The notes beneath the pieces were generated by a model. That model had not been told where the DNA came from. It was given only the letters and a program-made list of their open reading frames with translations, and ran no database searches. A program made the translations under genes and the position numbers. Shown piece after piece: positions 31,050-40,823 of a stretch of 64,000 nucleotides of DNA (its first letter is position 1; each line of letters opens with the position of its first letter). The stretch is taken from the NCBI GenBank assembly GCA_965262915.1, contig OZ253564.1:4352001-4416000 (forward strand), given 5' to 3'. Source of the stretch: Candidatus Spongiisociaceae bacterium. GTDB taxonomy: Bacteria > Actinomycetota > Acidimicrobiia > Spongiisociales > Spongiisociaceae.

Positions 31050-31576
31050 GGTGTGCTCCTCCTCAAACACTCACGATACCCCAAATCGAAAACATCGCAA
31101 GGGTCTCGACACTTGGGTATGTGTCCTGGCGTCGCTTCGGGAACAGCCACCTACACAGCTTGCCGCCTAGGGCTGAGGCCCTGTTCAGTAGTTGCACGGC
31201 GACGCTTGTGTTGTGACATCCGACCGTCAACAATCCGAATGCCCGTTCTGTCCGCTTCGCATTCCGTATTTCAACATACAGCCGGTCCGCCGGCGTTAGG
31301 GACGACCTCGACCCGGAGCAGCCCCTCGAGGAACTCGGTATGACCGATACCACCTCGGCGGGCTTGGCCAAGGAGGGCGGGCAGCGCTTCGGCTGCTGCT
31401 ACCAGATTGAGGTAGACGAGATGCCCCTCAGCTGTTGGTAGACAAAGGCTCTACTCATCGACCCTCACGACGGTCCGCAACCAACTCACTCGGAATCTCC
31501 ACATCGGCAATCCACGCAGCCGACAGGCTAACCACGGTCGGCCTCGTCGGACTGCCGCTCGCACCTTGGGGCGTAC

Positions 31577-31684
31577 TAGAGATATTGGCGGAGTATCTCT
31601 GGTAACTCGAAGGTGAAACCCCCGATACCCAGGCGGTTCGGGTAGCCGCGAACCCTGTGAACCCTGTCGGATATCTCTGGTAAC
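31577..31684. other. Family-2 recombination site with accessory direct repeat
   Basis: Core 31577-31601 plus TATCTCTGGTAAC repeat ending at 31684, just upstream of an integrase-like remnant. Confidence 0.55.
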
Positions 31685-31694
31685 GGCCGATACG

Positions 31695-31900
31695 GTGCCC
31701 AACGTCCTGGCCCTCCCACACCGTGTCCCCACCCTCGGCCGAGCCGTCGAGCAGTTCCTAGCCGCCAAACCGCTGTCGGCCAACGGGCGACGCAGCTATG
31801 CCCACACCCTCGGGGGACGGTGGTCGGGAACCTCGGCGCCGAACGCTGTATGGGAGTCCCACCAGGCGACCTCCGCACAGGCAGCCAGCTCGCCAGACGG
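31695..31900 (+). pseudogene. Tyrosine recombinase N-terminal remnant
   Basis: TLGRAVEQFLAAKPLSANGRRSY resembles the integrase SAM-like domain; frame then degenerates. Confidence 0.5.
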
Positions 31901-32014
31901 GCGGAACCGTCACAGGACCGCACTAGACTCAACAGAAATGTCATTCCTCACCGACAATCGAGTTGGCACTTGCCATCGACCGGGACGCCAGCATCGCAGA
32001 TTAGGATTTCACGG

Positions 32015-32860
32015 GTGTCGTTGCTGAACCCTCGACACCTCAACTCCGTGGCACATGTAACGGTGCAGTCTCCTGACCAGCCAGCGGTCGCCAGCAGAGG
32101 TACCGCTTTCTGCTTCTTGGATGTCATAGACAACACCGATTCAGGATACATCTATGTTGTGACGTGTGCTCATCTCTTTGAGAACATGTCTCCCACCGCT
32201 CAAACTGCCGTCCGCTTCAACACACCCGCTGGACTGCGGAACATGATCGCCGTTCGGCAGGACTGGCGGGAACACCCCATGGCTGACATAGCAGTCCTGC
32301 AACTGAACGCAACCTTCTTGGAGGAACAAGGTGTTGAGATTTGGCCATGGCGAAAGGAGCACATGGTCACTCGAGAGAACGCCGAGGCGAAAGGCGCTTA
32401 CGAGGGCGAAGAAGTGTTCATCCTCGGGTATCCGATTGGATGGCGACCCGCGACGCTTGACTATCCCGTCGTCCGTGGCGGGATGATCGGGCAGATCCGG
32501 AGCTGGATAAACGGACACCATAGCTCCATACTGGTGTCCGGTACTGTCTTCGGGGGCAACAGTGGTAGTCCGGTACTGCTGCGCCCTCAGCCCGGACGTA
32601 TAGAAGGCACACCCGTCCTGCGCGAAGTACCTTTGTTGGGGATGGTCTCCAGCTACAAGCTCGTTCCCTCGCCAGACCATCCGAGAGGGGGAGAAAACTC
32701 TGGTATAGCTGATATCGTCCCTATGGACACGATTTACTCGCTAATCGAAGCGCATACACGGTCTGACGCGGCTCCTCAATGGACTGTGAGACAAACCAGC
32801 TACGCTGTAACGGCGAATGCAGCAGGTCTCAACTGTGACATAACGGTTCCTACGAGGTAG
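32015..32860 (+). CDS. Trypsin-like serine protease
   Basis: VTCAH, DIAVL, GYP, GNSGSP triad; no evident signal peptide; start uncertain. Confidence 0.85.
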   Translation: MSLLNPRHLNSVAHVTVQSPDQPAVASRGTAFCFLDVIDNTDSGYIYVVTCAHLFENMSPTAQTAVRFNTPAGLRNMIAVRQDWREHPMADIAVLQLNATFLEEQGVEIWPWRKEHMVTRENAEAKGAYEGEEVFILGYPIGWRPATLDYPVVRGGMIGQIRSWINGHHSSILVSGTVFGGNSGSPVLLRPQPGRIEGTPVLREVPLLGMVSSYKLVPSPDHPRGGENSGIADIVPMDTIYSLIEAHTRSDAAPQWTVRQTSYAVTANAAGLNCDITVPTR

Positions 32861-32875
32861 ATGGCTTTGCCAGTG

Positions 32876-33325
32876 TCAACGCCGTCTGTTCGCCATTCCT
32901 CTGAGTGCGCTTAAGAGCCGGGCGATTGGCGAAGACCGTTTAGCGAAGCCCACGTGTGCTCCGCGCGACTTTCCCTCATAGCTGCGCTCTACTAATTCCC
33001 TGTATTCTTTTCGATTGCGTTCGACTTGTGCTTTCGTCCAACGGTCCGCCCAGATCACTTGATTTTCTATAATGAGGTAGTGGGACTGGCAAGGATAACT
33101 CCAGTTTCCAATGGACGGGTCCAATGTAATGGCCACGCCATCAAATGTAAGTTTCCAATCTATAGGGCTTAGCGGCGTTACGATCTCATATCCACATCCA
33201 CATGCACAATTGTGAATTACAGTGGCGTAAGGCATAGAGATATAGAGTATCCCGTCTTCCATGATATCAGGAATATGCGACACGAACTCTAGTGTTATCT
33301 GCCTGATTCTGCTATGACGTCGCAT
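32876..33325 (-). CDS. DUF6527 protein
   Basis: HNCACGCG..TPL..W..TLDPSIGNW..CQSHY. Confidence 0.8.
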   Translation of the reverse strand: MRRHSRIRQITLEFVSHIPDIMEDGILYISMPYATVIHNCACGCGYEIVTPLSPIDWKLTFDGVAITLDPSIGNWSYPCQSHYLIIENQVIWADRWTKAQVERNRKEYRELVERSYEGKSRGAHVGFAKRSSPIARLLSALRGMANRRR

Positions 33326-34499
33326 TGATAATGCAGTTACCATCGATTGAATAGATGCTATGAAATTCATGTTCCAGATCGCTATAGAAGCCTAAGTACT
33401 TCTTCCACCTGATGATTGCCAAGGCTGCTGTAAGCATGTTCATATCTGCGATCTGGATCGGAGTGTGGTAGTCATCGTCGTTGTCTATCGCGGATGTAGA
33501 CAGATGACCACGGCTGTGGTGGATGACCGATGGCGTTCCGCATGTGATTCTTGCCATGCCCTCTAGGGTGTCGTTAACCTCTCCTATGCCGAGCCCTACG
33601 TCGATGAACGGAAGCTCGTGTTGGATTAAGAGTGCTAGCAATACGTTTCGTGATGGGCCACCGTCAATCGCTACGAATACGAAGTCCATATCGGCAATGT
33701 GGACAAAGTTGTCTTTGTATACGTAATAGGGATGAGGAATAATACGTTTGTGTATGTTCTGGTACAGAGCAGCGAAGTGTGATGCCTTATTTGGTGAGCG
33801 TTGTAAAGTAGTGATGCTGACCGCGCCTGGTGATCTGAAGGCGTTGTGCTGCCTAAGAACGTCACCATCCCAAAGGTGTATTTCCCTGACGGGTGTTTTG
33901 GCAAGCTGATCTACTATGTAGGAGCCAGTTCCGCCGACGCCTATTACCGCTATTCGGTGACCTCTTAGTTTATCGGTATGTGTCCGAATGTTGGATCGGC
34001 TAGACGCTGTATCCAGATAGGCGAAGGGTGTGTCTTCGCCTCCGAGGCCGATCACAGGGAAGGTTCGAGCGGAGCAGCGTGGATCAAGCAGACTAGCATA
34101 GCTGCTCAATATACTGATATATACAGTGAGCTTCTCATAATAGTCGGTGTATAGAGTGATACCTGTGAGAGAGACGGGTTTATGAGAGAAGATGTAGTCG
34201 ATAGCGATGGTAGGCGTTAGTTGTTGCTGGTGTCGTTGGTTGATAATGTGTCCGAGGATCGTTCCCGTATTGTCACAAGGTGCTGACCCGTGGAACATGA
34301 CAGTGTGATCACTGGGTTGAGCGGTGATGTCCCCACCCAGAGTGAGTGTGGAGACGAGTGTGCCTCGCTGGATTGTTCTGGATGCATCGACGTACGGAAC
34401 GTCCGACACCAAGAGGTAACCGTCGCGTACTGAAACGTTATACCCCTCATTGCGGAGTCGGGTGAGATCGGGACTAAGACTTATCAGTTGCTTTGACAT
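33312..34499 (-). CDS. E2-like/E1 (ThiF) fusion
   Basis: N-terminal VPYV..GTLV..DHT..FSHKP; GVGGTGS, DGD..HNAFRSPG. Confidence 0.85.
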   Translation of the reverse strand: MSKQLISLSPDLTRLRNEGYNVSVRDGYLLVSDVPYVDASRTIQRGTLVSTLTLGGDITAQPSDHTVMFHGSAPCDNTGTILGHIINQRHQQQLTPTIAIDYIFSHKPVSLTGITLYTDYYEKLTVYISILSSYASLLDPRCSARTFPVIGLGGEDTPFAYLDTASSRSNIRTHTDKLRGHRIAVIGVGGTGSYIVDQLAKTPVREIHLWDGDVLRQHNAFRSPGAVSITTLQRSPNKASHFAALYQNIHKRIIPHPYYVYKDNFVHIADMDFVFVAIDGGPSRNVLLALLIQHELPFIDVGLGIGEVNDTLEGMARITCGTPSVIHHSRGHLSTSAIDNDDDYHTPIQIADMNMLTAALAIIRWKKYLGFYSDLEHEFHSIYSIDGNCIINATS

Positions 34500-34746
34500 T
34501 GAAAATCATGTCGTCGATGATCTTCACGCTCTGGCCCTTCGTCAAGAAACCTTGTGTACCCCGTGGTCCGTTGCGATAAGCGACCGTAATCTCGATGTGA
34601 TCACCTGTTGGGGGGTTCTCAAATGCGAGATGTATGACTTCACTGTACGTGATACGTTCGTTTTCTACCGTCTTCTGTCGAGAGTTGACGATGATCGTGT
34701 ACTTCTTGTGGTCGTCGGGCGTCCCGATAGTGGATGCGTCATCCAT
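34474..34746 (-). CDS. Multiubiquitin-domain (Ubl) protein
   Basis: TIIVN..ITYSEV..LAF..GQSVKI..MIFNV.ATDKS. Confidence 0.8.
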   Translation of the reverse strand: MDDASTIGTPDDHKKYTIIVNSRQKTVENERITYSEVIHLAFENPPTGDHIEITVAYRNGPRGTQGFLTKGQSVKIIDDMIFNVKATDKS

Positions 34747-36254
34747 TGTCAACCTCACTAGATGGGGGGAAGGCCACCGGCGTAATGCGGGCGGAGTGAC
34801 GACAGTATACCGGCTCTTCGGAAATGAGTGGGGAGTAGGGGATCTGCGGGGGGAGTGGTAATCCACTAGAAGTGAGGAGGGGTCCTCCATAATCGGGTGT
34901 TGGTAATGACATCCGAGGCAGGAGGACCCCTGTGGAAGCTGATCCCTGCGCGCATGTGCGAGTTGTTGGTAGGCCTAGGTGAGGTTGATCTGGTAGGGAT
35001 CAACGACCCGGGCGAGGGTGCACCGCTTGGGGTGGTGATCGGGTCCCGCAAGCCCCGCCCGTCCTGTGAGGCCTGTGGTGGCCCGGTGTGGTCCAAGGGT
35101 GAGCGGAGCGTGGTGTTGGTGGATTTACCGGCGTTCGGTCGGCCTGTGCGGCTGCGGTGGCGGAAACGTCGGTGGACGTGTCCGAACACCGACTGTGAGA
35201 TCAGATCGTTCATCGAGCAAGACCCCACGATTAGTCCCCAACGGGCGTTGTTGACATCCCGAGCGGCCCGGTGGGTGACCGTCCAGGTGGGTGGGCGGGG
35301 CCGTTCGGTCGACGAGGTCGCCGCAGAACTTGGTTGTGATTGGCATACGGTGAACAACGAGGTCGTCCGCTGGGGCGAAGCACTCCTGGGGGCCGACACC
35401 GATCGGATAGGCGAGGTCGGAGCTGTGGGCATCGACAAGAAGCGTTGTTCTGGCGGAAAGGCCGGTGGCGAACCAAGGTTTGGTGCACTTCTGTCGTCGA
35501 CGTGGGAGGCCACCACCCGGTTCGACATAGTCGGTGGTAGAACAGCAGAAAGCGCCGCAGCCTGGTTCCGGTCACAACCCACCGAATGGTGTGAGGCTAT
35601 CCGCTGGGCGGTGCTGGACATGTCCGGTCCTTACCGGAAGGCGTATAACCGGGTGCTCCCGAACGCTGTGCAGGTAGCGGACCCCTTCCACGTCATCCGC
35701 TTGGCCAACCAGCGTCTCGACGACCTACGACGCCGCACCCAGAACGAAACCCTCGGGCATCGAGGCCGCAAGGACGACCCGCTGTATCGGATACGCCGCC
35801 TCCTAACCGCCGCTTCCGAGAGGATCAGCGACCGGGGTCAAACCCGGCTGCGTGGTCTCCTCGATGCCGGTGACCCCTACGGGGAGGTACGCACCGCCTG
35901 GCACGCCAAGGAAACCGTGAGAGGCATCTACAAGATCGACAGTCCCGCCCTCGCTCTCCGATACACCCTCCAGCTCGCAGACGACCTCCAGGACGAATCC
36001 TGCCCACCCGAGATCAACAAGCTGGGACGTACCATCGCCCGCTGGACCCCCCAGATCACCAACTGGCACATCTCGAAGGTAACCAACAGATGCCACCGAA
36101 GCCCTCAACAACCTCATCAAACGCATCAAACGAGCAGCGTTCGGGTTACCCAACTTCGCGAACTACCGAATCCGCGCCCTTCTCTACGCGGGGAAACCCA
36201 ACTGGGACCTACTCCCATCGGTCACTCCCCACTGAAATCCACTCATACTTAGAA

Positions 36255-36430
36255 GGTTCCTGGGCTGGGACGGGTCTGACCCAACTGAAATCTGGCTTTG
36301 TGCCTTTTCATCGATCTGTCGGCCTGTTCCCAGCTTGGGGGTGTAACCCCCTGACCCGGGGCGGATGTGACCTTATAGGAGCTTTGATCTTCCACCACCG
36401 TGAGTGGTCTGTCCACCGCCTTCCGGGTCC
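36255..36430 (+). ncRNA. Putative IS110 bridge RNA
   Basis: Contains ACTGAAATC, TTCATCGAT, ATAGGAGC and TGAGTGG matching the target and donor junctions in the expected order; ends approximate. Confidence 0.75.
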
Positions 36431-36473
36431 GAGGATTAGGAAGTGATTCTATCCAGCAGAGGAGGAAGGTGTC

Positions 36474-37703
36474 ATGGGAGAAGATGGTCGGGTTGTGTTC
36501 GGTGGGGTTGATACCCATCGTGATACCCATGTGGCGGCGGTGGTTGATGGCGCCGGTCGGGTCCTGGGAACGGCACCGTTCGGAGCTGATCGAGTCGGCT
36601 ATGAGCAACTGGAAGACTGGTTGCGGTTACAGGGTCGCGTTAGCCGGGTAGGAGTGGAGGGCACCGGCAGCTACGGCGCCGGCCTCGCCCGCTATCTGAT
36701 GGCGGCGGGCATCGAGGTGGTAGAAGTGAACCGGCCGAACCGGCAGCTACGCCGCCAGCGGGGCGGCAAGACCGACAGTGTCGACGCCGAGGCGGCAGCT
36801 CGGGCAGCGGCCTCGGGGCAAGCTACCGCAGTTCCCAAATCTGGTGACGGACCGGTTGAGTGCATACGGATGCTGTTGGTGGCCCGCCGCTCGGCTACCA
36901 AGGCCCGCACCCAGGCCGCTAACCAGATACATTCTGTGACCGTTACTGCACCTGAGCCGCTAAAACGCCAGCTCAGAGGTCTCAAGCTCAAGGCTCGGGT
37001 TCGGGTCTGTGCCCGCTGGCGTCCCGGCCAAGCACAGACCACTGCGGCGTACGCGAAGATGGCTCTACGCTACCTGGCCCGCCGATACCAATCCCTCGAC
37101 GCAGAGATCCGCGAACTCGACGTCGAGATCCGTCGCCTCTGCGCCGAGGCTAACCCGGCTCCCTTAGCCGCCACCGGTGTGGGCCCTGACAGCGCTGCTG
37201 CGCTGCTAGTCGCTGCCGGCGACAACCCCGGACGGATGAAATCGGAACGGTCCTTCGCTGCGCTATGCGGCGCCAGCCCCGTCCAGGCATCATCGGGACA
37301 GACCATCCGGCATCGTCTCAACCGGGGCGGCAACCGCCAAGCCAACAACGCACTCTGGCGGATCGCTACCACCCGGATACGCCACGACGCAGCCACCAAC
37401 CAATACGTGGCACGGCGCCAGGGGGAAGGAAAGAACCGAAAAGAGATCATCCGCTGCCTCAAGCGGCACATCGCCCGAGAGGTCTACCGACTGCTGACCA
37501 ACCCGCCACCAACCCCGAACTGCGCCCGGCTCCGCCGCCGACGTCAACACGCCAACATCACCGTCACCCAGGCCGCCCAACAGCTCGGAACCCACCCCAG
37601 CCGCATCTCCGCACTCGAACGCGGCCGAGACCACAACCACCAACTCGCCAGCCGATACCAGACCTGGCTCCTAACCCACCAACCGGCCCCATCACCGACT
37701 TGA
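36474..37703 (+). CDS. IS110 transposase with C-terminal XRE-like HTH
   Basis: GGVDTH, VEGTGSYG, KTDSVDA, SSG, GGNRQAN; tail RLRRRR..VTQAAQQLG..ISALERG. Confidence 0.92.
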   Translation: MGEDGRVVFGGVDTHRDTHVAAVVDGAGRVLGTAPFGADRVGYEQLEDWLRLQGRVSRVGVEGTGSYGAGLARYLMAAGIEVVEVNRPNRQLRRQRGGKTDSVDAEAAARAAASGQATAVPKSGDGPVECIRMLLVARRSATKARTQAANQIHSVTVTAPEPLKRQLRGLKLKARVRVCARWRPGQAQTTAAYAKMALRYLARRYQSLDAEIRELDVEIRRLCAEANPAPLAATGVGPDSAAALLVAAGDNPGRMKSERSFAALCGASPVQASSGQTIRHRLNRGGNRQANNALWRIATTRIRHDAATNQYVARRQGEGKNRKEIIRCLKRHIAREVYRLLTNPPPTPNCARLRRRRQHANITVTQAAQQLGTHPSRISALERGRDHNHQLASRYQTWLLTHQPAPSPT

Positions 37704-37899
37704 CAACCATAGGAGCATCGAAGAGCCAGTATACCGGCGCCTCTGCGGTTCTTACGCCGTCTGGTAGCGGTTCGAGGGTGTCCCGGCTGAAACCTTGTGG
37801 CTCGAAGCTGGTGGATCAGGGGCGGCGTAGCAGCGCGCATCCGCAGAGCCAGGTTGTGTGGGGGACTCTTTGATCGGTTGATGTCGCTGAGCGGAGGCC

Positions 37900-38106
37900 A
37901 CGGTGAATGCCTGCCGACGTGCCGCTCAACAATGTGAGCTCTTCAAGAATGTTCTGCCGAGTGGCCTCATCGTCGATGAGCAACGCCACGTCACCGCCAA
38001 GGGTGTCCTCGAATAGCGCAGATAGAGCCTGAGGGTCGTTGGTTGCGCAGGTGAATCGGTTCACTGGTGCCGTAGTGGTCGATGCCGATGAGAGTCCGCG
38101 CGTCAT
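37900..38106 (-). pseudogene. Caspase-like (peptidase C14) N-terminal remnant
   Basis: CATND..ALSALFEDTLGG..LLIDDEATRQNI; degenerate. Confidence 0.5.
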
Positions 38107-38115
38107 GGCTAGCTC

Positions 38116-38331
38116 CTAGAGCTTCGTTCGGCCTGGGGCGTCGTCGAGATTGGCTCGATGGGTCGAAACTGAGACGTTGGTTAGCTCAAGCTCAGGGGCT
38201 CTACCGGAGAGGGCCTCGGTGAGGGCTTGAATTTCGGCTAGGGCGGATTGGAGGTGGTCGGCTATCTGGGCGGCTAGGACGGCTGGGGGTGGGAGGTTGT
38301 CGACGTCTTCTAGGCTTTCGTCGCGGATCCA
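38116..38331 (-). pseudogene. Type I R-M hsdM C-terminal remnant
   Basis: WIRDESLEDVDNLPPPAVLAAQIADHLQSAL; cut by a Tn3 end. Confidence 0.7.
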
Positions 38332-38851
38332 GGGGTTAACGGAATATGTGGACGAAATGTAACGGTTTCGAGTCGTCCTACAGCATGGGGGTCTCCTTCG
38401 CGGTGATCGGGTGGGAGCGTCTCGTCGGATGCGGACTACGCCGGAGGTGCTGTGGCGTAGGGAGTAGAGGGGGTCAGAGTCTTGGTGGAGGGAACGACCG
38501 CCGGCGGTTGTGATGGCGATCCGGAGGCTTTGAAGGCTCAGTGCTCCGAATAGTTCCAACGCGTACCCAAACGAGGTCGCAACGTCGGTCGAGCAAGAGA
38601 TAGCAGAAACCAAAGACGCGGTCTCCCGCCGGCGAACCAAGGACAACGCCGCCGCCGACACACCGGCGGCTAAGACATCCAAGGCGAAACTGTCGCCCTG
38701 CTCACCGACGCCATCATCGCCTGGAGCATCACCTACATCGGACCCGCAACCCAACACCTCACAGCCGCAGAGACCCCCATCCACCAGCCAACTCCGACCC
38801 CTACGAACACCCTGAAACCGTTACATTTCGTCCAAATATTCCAGAGACCCC
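38332..38851. mobile_element. Tn3-family mini-transposon
   Basis: ~38-bp TIRs GGGGT..GGAATAT.TGGACGAAATGTAACGGTTTC; flanks ATCCA/ATCGA; decayed TnpA fragment ANQGQRRRRH..LLTDAIIAW. Confidence 0.8.
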
Positions 38852-39115
38852 ATCGACGAAGCGATCACCCTCCTGCTCTGGCTGGTCGCCGCGATGTCGG
38901 GCTGTGCCCTGCTCGGTGTCGTAGCCAAGACAGACCCGCCTCCGGGCGTCGCCGGGGCCGTTGTCGGCGGCCTGGTGCCGTTGTCCCTCGTCGCCCCGTC
39001 CGTACCGCTGCTAGTCGGCCTTGTCCTCCGGAAGGGCTGGCAGCTGCTCTCAGCGGCAGCCTCGCCGGGCGAGGACAACGACGCTCACGATGAACCGGGC
39101 GAACTCGCGGCGGGC

Positions 39116-39229
39116 TGCAGGTAATAGGCGATTACCTGCACCTGGAGGACCCGGCGCATACCGAACAGTCCTGCAAAATCGGGGTTCGGCGGAGGCCGGA
39201 TCGTGCACGAACCGTGCGGATTACCTGCA
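39116..39229. other. Putative tyrosine-recombinase site, family 3
   Basis: TGCAGGTAAT-AGGCG-ATTACCTGCA perfect arms; ATTACCTGCA repeated at 39220. Confidence 0.5.
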
Positions 39230-39560
39230 GTTGACCGCCGAGGCGGCTCTTACGGCCCGGCGCCCGCGACGCCGATCCCCACGTCGAGGAGCACCCACAT
39301 CTGGTAGACGACCACGACCAGCAGCGCCGGCCCCGCTCACGACGAACACACCACCGACGGTCCCGGTGGGCTACCGACGCCTAGGCGGTGCGTACCGCGC
39401 AAAGGTCGCCAGGGCGAACAGCAGGACGAAGCCCCACAGCCTCGCGGCGGATGGACCTGGGGTGGTGAACAGGTCGGCAACGTCGTGGATCACCTGAAGC
39501 ACAGCTCGACCCTACCAGCAGCACCCTCGCCGGACTCGGCCCCTGCACGGCGGGTAGGGT

Positions 39561-40010
39561 GTGGCGGGTTGTCACATCCTTCGGCTACCTCAAGGTGTAA
39601 CATCCGCAGGCCAAAAGGAGGATACGCTGGCCGACACCACGACTGTCTACTTGCCGGGCCGCTGGCCCGTCACTGTTGACCTCGACGAGTGGGAGTGCCT
39701 GGGCGAGAGCGAAGAAGACGACGACTGCCGCTCCCCCGACCCCGGCAAGCGGAACCAGGCCCTCTGCAGTGGCGAAGGCACCGAGTACGCCATCAAGATG
39801 TACCGGAAGGACGGGCGTTACCTCGTGACCGGGATCCGCACCGGGCGGGACGACGGACACGAAACTGGGCGGCTAGTAGAGGCACACGACGACGCCGTAG
39901 AGGCGATCTGGCTCGTGTCTTACGAGCTGTGTGACGCGGCCCATAACGCGCTGCGGCGCAGGCTCGGCGCCAGGATTATCTTCGGCCTGACGCCGGTCCC
40001 CCTCGACTGA
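39561..40010 (+). CDS. Hypothetical protein
   Basis: Open frame with GC-rich third positions; AGGAGG near 39616 suggests a later start. Confidence 0.55.
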   Translation: MAGCHILRLPQGVTSAGQKEDTLADTTTVYLPGRWPVTVDLDEWECLGESEEDDDCRSPDPGKRNQALCSGEGTEYAIKMYRKDGRYLVTGIRTGRDDGHETGRLVEAHDDAVEAIWLVSYELCDAAHNALRRRLGARIIFGLTPVPLD

Positions 40011-40152
40011 ACGCCCGCCCCCGCGTCACTGGCCCAGCGACCGCTCGCCCGCAGCCGTGGCCGCGCCAGGTCACCGCAGCCCCTCGGGCACTCCAGGGGC
40101 GTGTGAGGCGGCAGGCGTCGCCCCTCCGTCGGGTAGAAGCCGCCGGTGTCTG

Positions 40153-40542
40153 TCACGCTGTCAGCGCCGTGACCCTCATCGCTGCCAGGCCGGCCGCCAC
40201 CAACTGTGCTGTCACCACTAGCGTCGCGACCGCCTCGGTGTGGCTGTCCCGGTCACCGGCGATGCTCGCCCCCAGCCACAGCAGTCCGCTACCGGCAGCG
40301 ACAGCCCACGCGACCAGCGCCGCCGAAAGCCAGTCCAGAGCTTCCCCGTCCAGCCAGGGCAGCACGAGGACACCGAAGAAACCGACCAGGAGCAGCAGCG
40401 GCGGGGCCTTGACCAGCACCCCACCCAGCTGGCGCATAGCCGCCTCGCACCAGCGGCGGTACGGAGCCAGCCGGTAGAGGATCACCGACGCCAAGACGGG
40501 TACCACCAGCCCGTATACGTTCTGGAGGGCGGCCCCGCTCAC
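40153..40542 (-). CDS. Hypothetical membrane protein
   Basis: Hydrophobic segments; downstream of the integrase. Confidence 0.55.
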   Translation of the reverse strand: MSGAALQNVYGLVVPVLASVILYRLAPYRRWCEAAMRQLGGVLVKAPPLLLLVGFFGVLVLPWLDGEALDWLSAALVAWAVAAGSGLLWLGASIAGDRDSHTEAVATLVVTAQLVAAGLAAMRVTALTA

Positions 40543-40627
40543 GGGCTCAGCCCGTCTCTTTCCCCGGCCCCGGGGACCCGGTGACCCCCGCCGACGGGAC
40601 CCCATCCGCTAGGCGGCCGGGGCACGG

Positions 40628-40807
40628 CTAACTGTCGGCCCTTCCCCCCTCCGGTTCATCCGGCGGGTCGCCAGCACCCGTGCGCACGACGGTCACCGCA
40701 AGCGACGCGCCGCGAGCCGCCGCCGCGTCGATCATGGCCGCCGCCAGGTCCAAGGCTTCCTCTCCGGGTACCCCCGCCCCGGAAACCAGGCGTACTTCAG
40801 TGACCAT
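40628..40807 (-). CDS. Small hypothetical protein
   Basis: ATG 16 bp after the integrase stop, preceded by GGAG. Confidence 0.45.
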   Translation of the reverse strand: MVTEVRLVSGAGVPGEEALDLAAAMIDAAAARGASLAVTVVRTGAGDPPDEPEGGRADS

Positions 40808-40823
40808 GCCGACACACTTCTCC

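Larger units (their letters stand above)
36240..37719 (+). mobile_element. IS110-family element
   Basis: DEDD recombinase, ~230-bp non-coding left end, right end TTGACAACCATAGGAGCATC, no TIRs. Confidence 0.9.
34812..37727 (+). mobile_element. ISL3-family element, frameshifted transposase, right TIR interrupted by IS110
   Basis: Ends GGCTCTTCG...CGAAGAGCC, 8-bp target duplication AGTATACC (34804-34811, 37728-37735); VLDM..ADPFHV. Confidence 0.92.
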
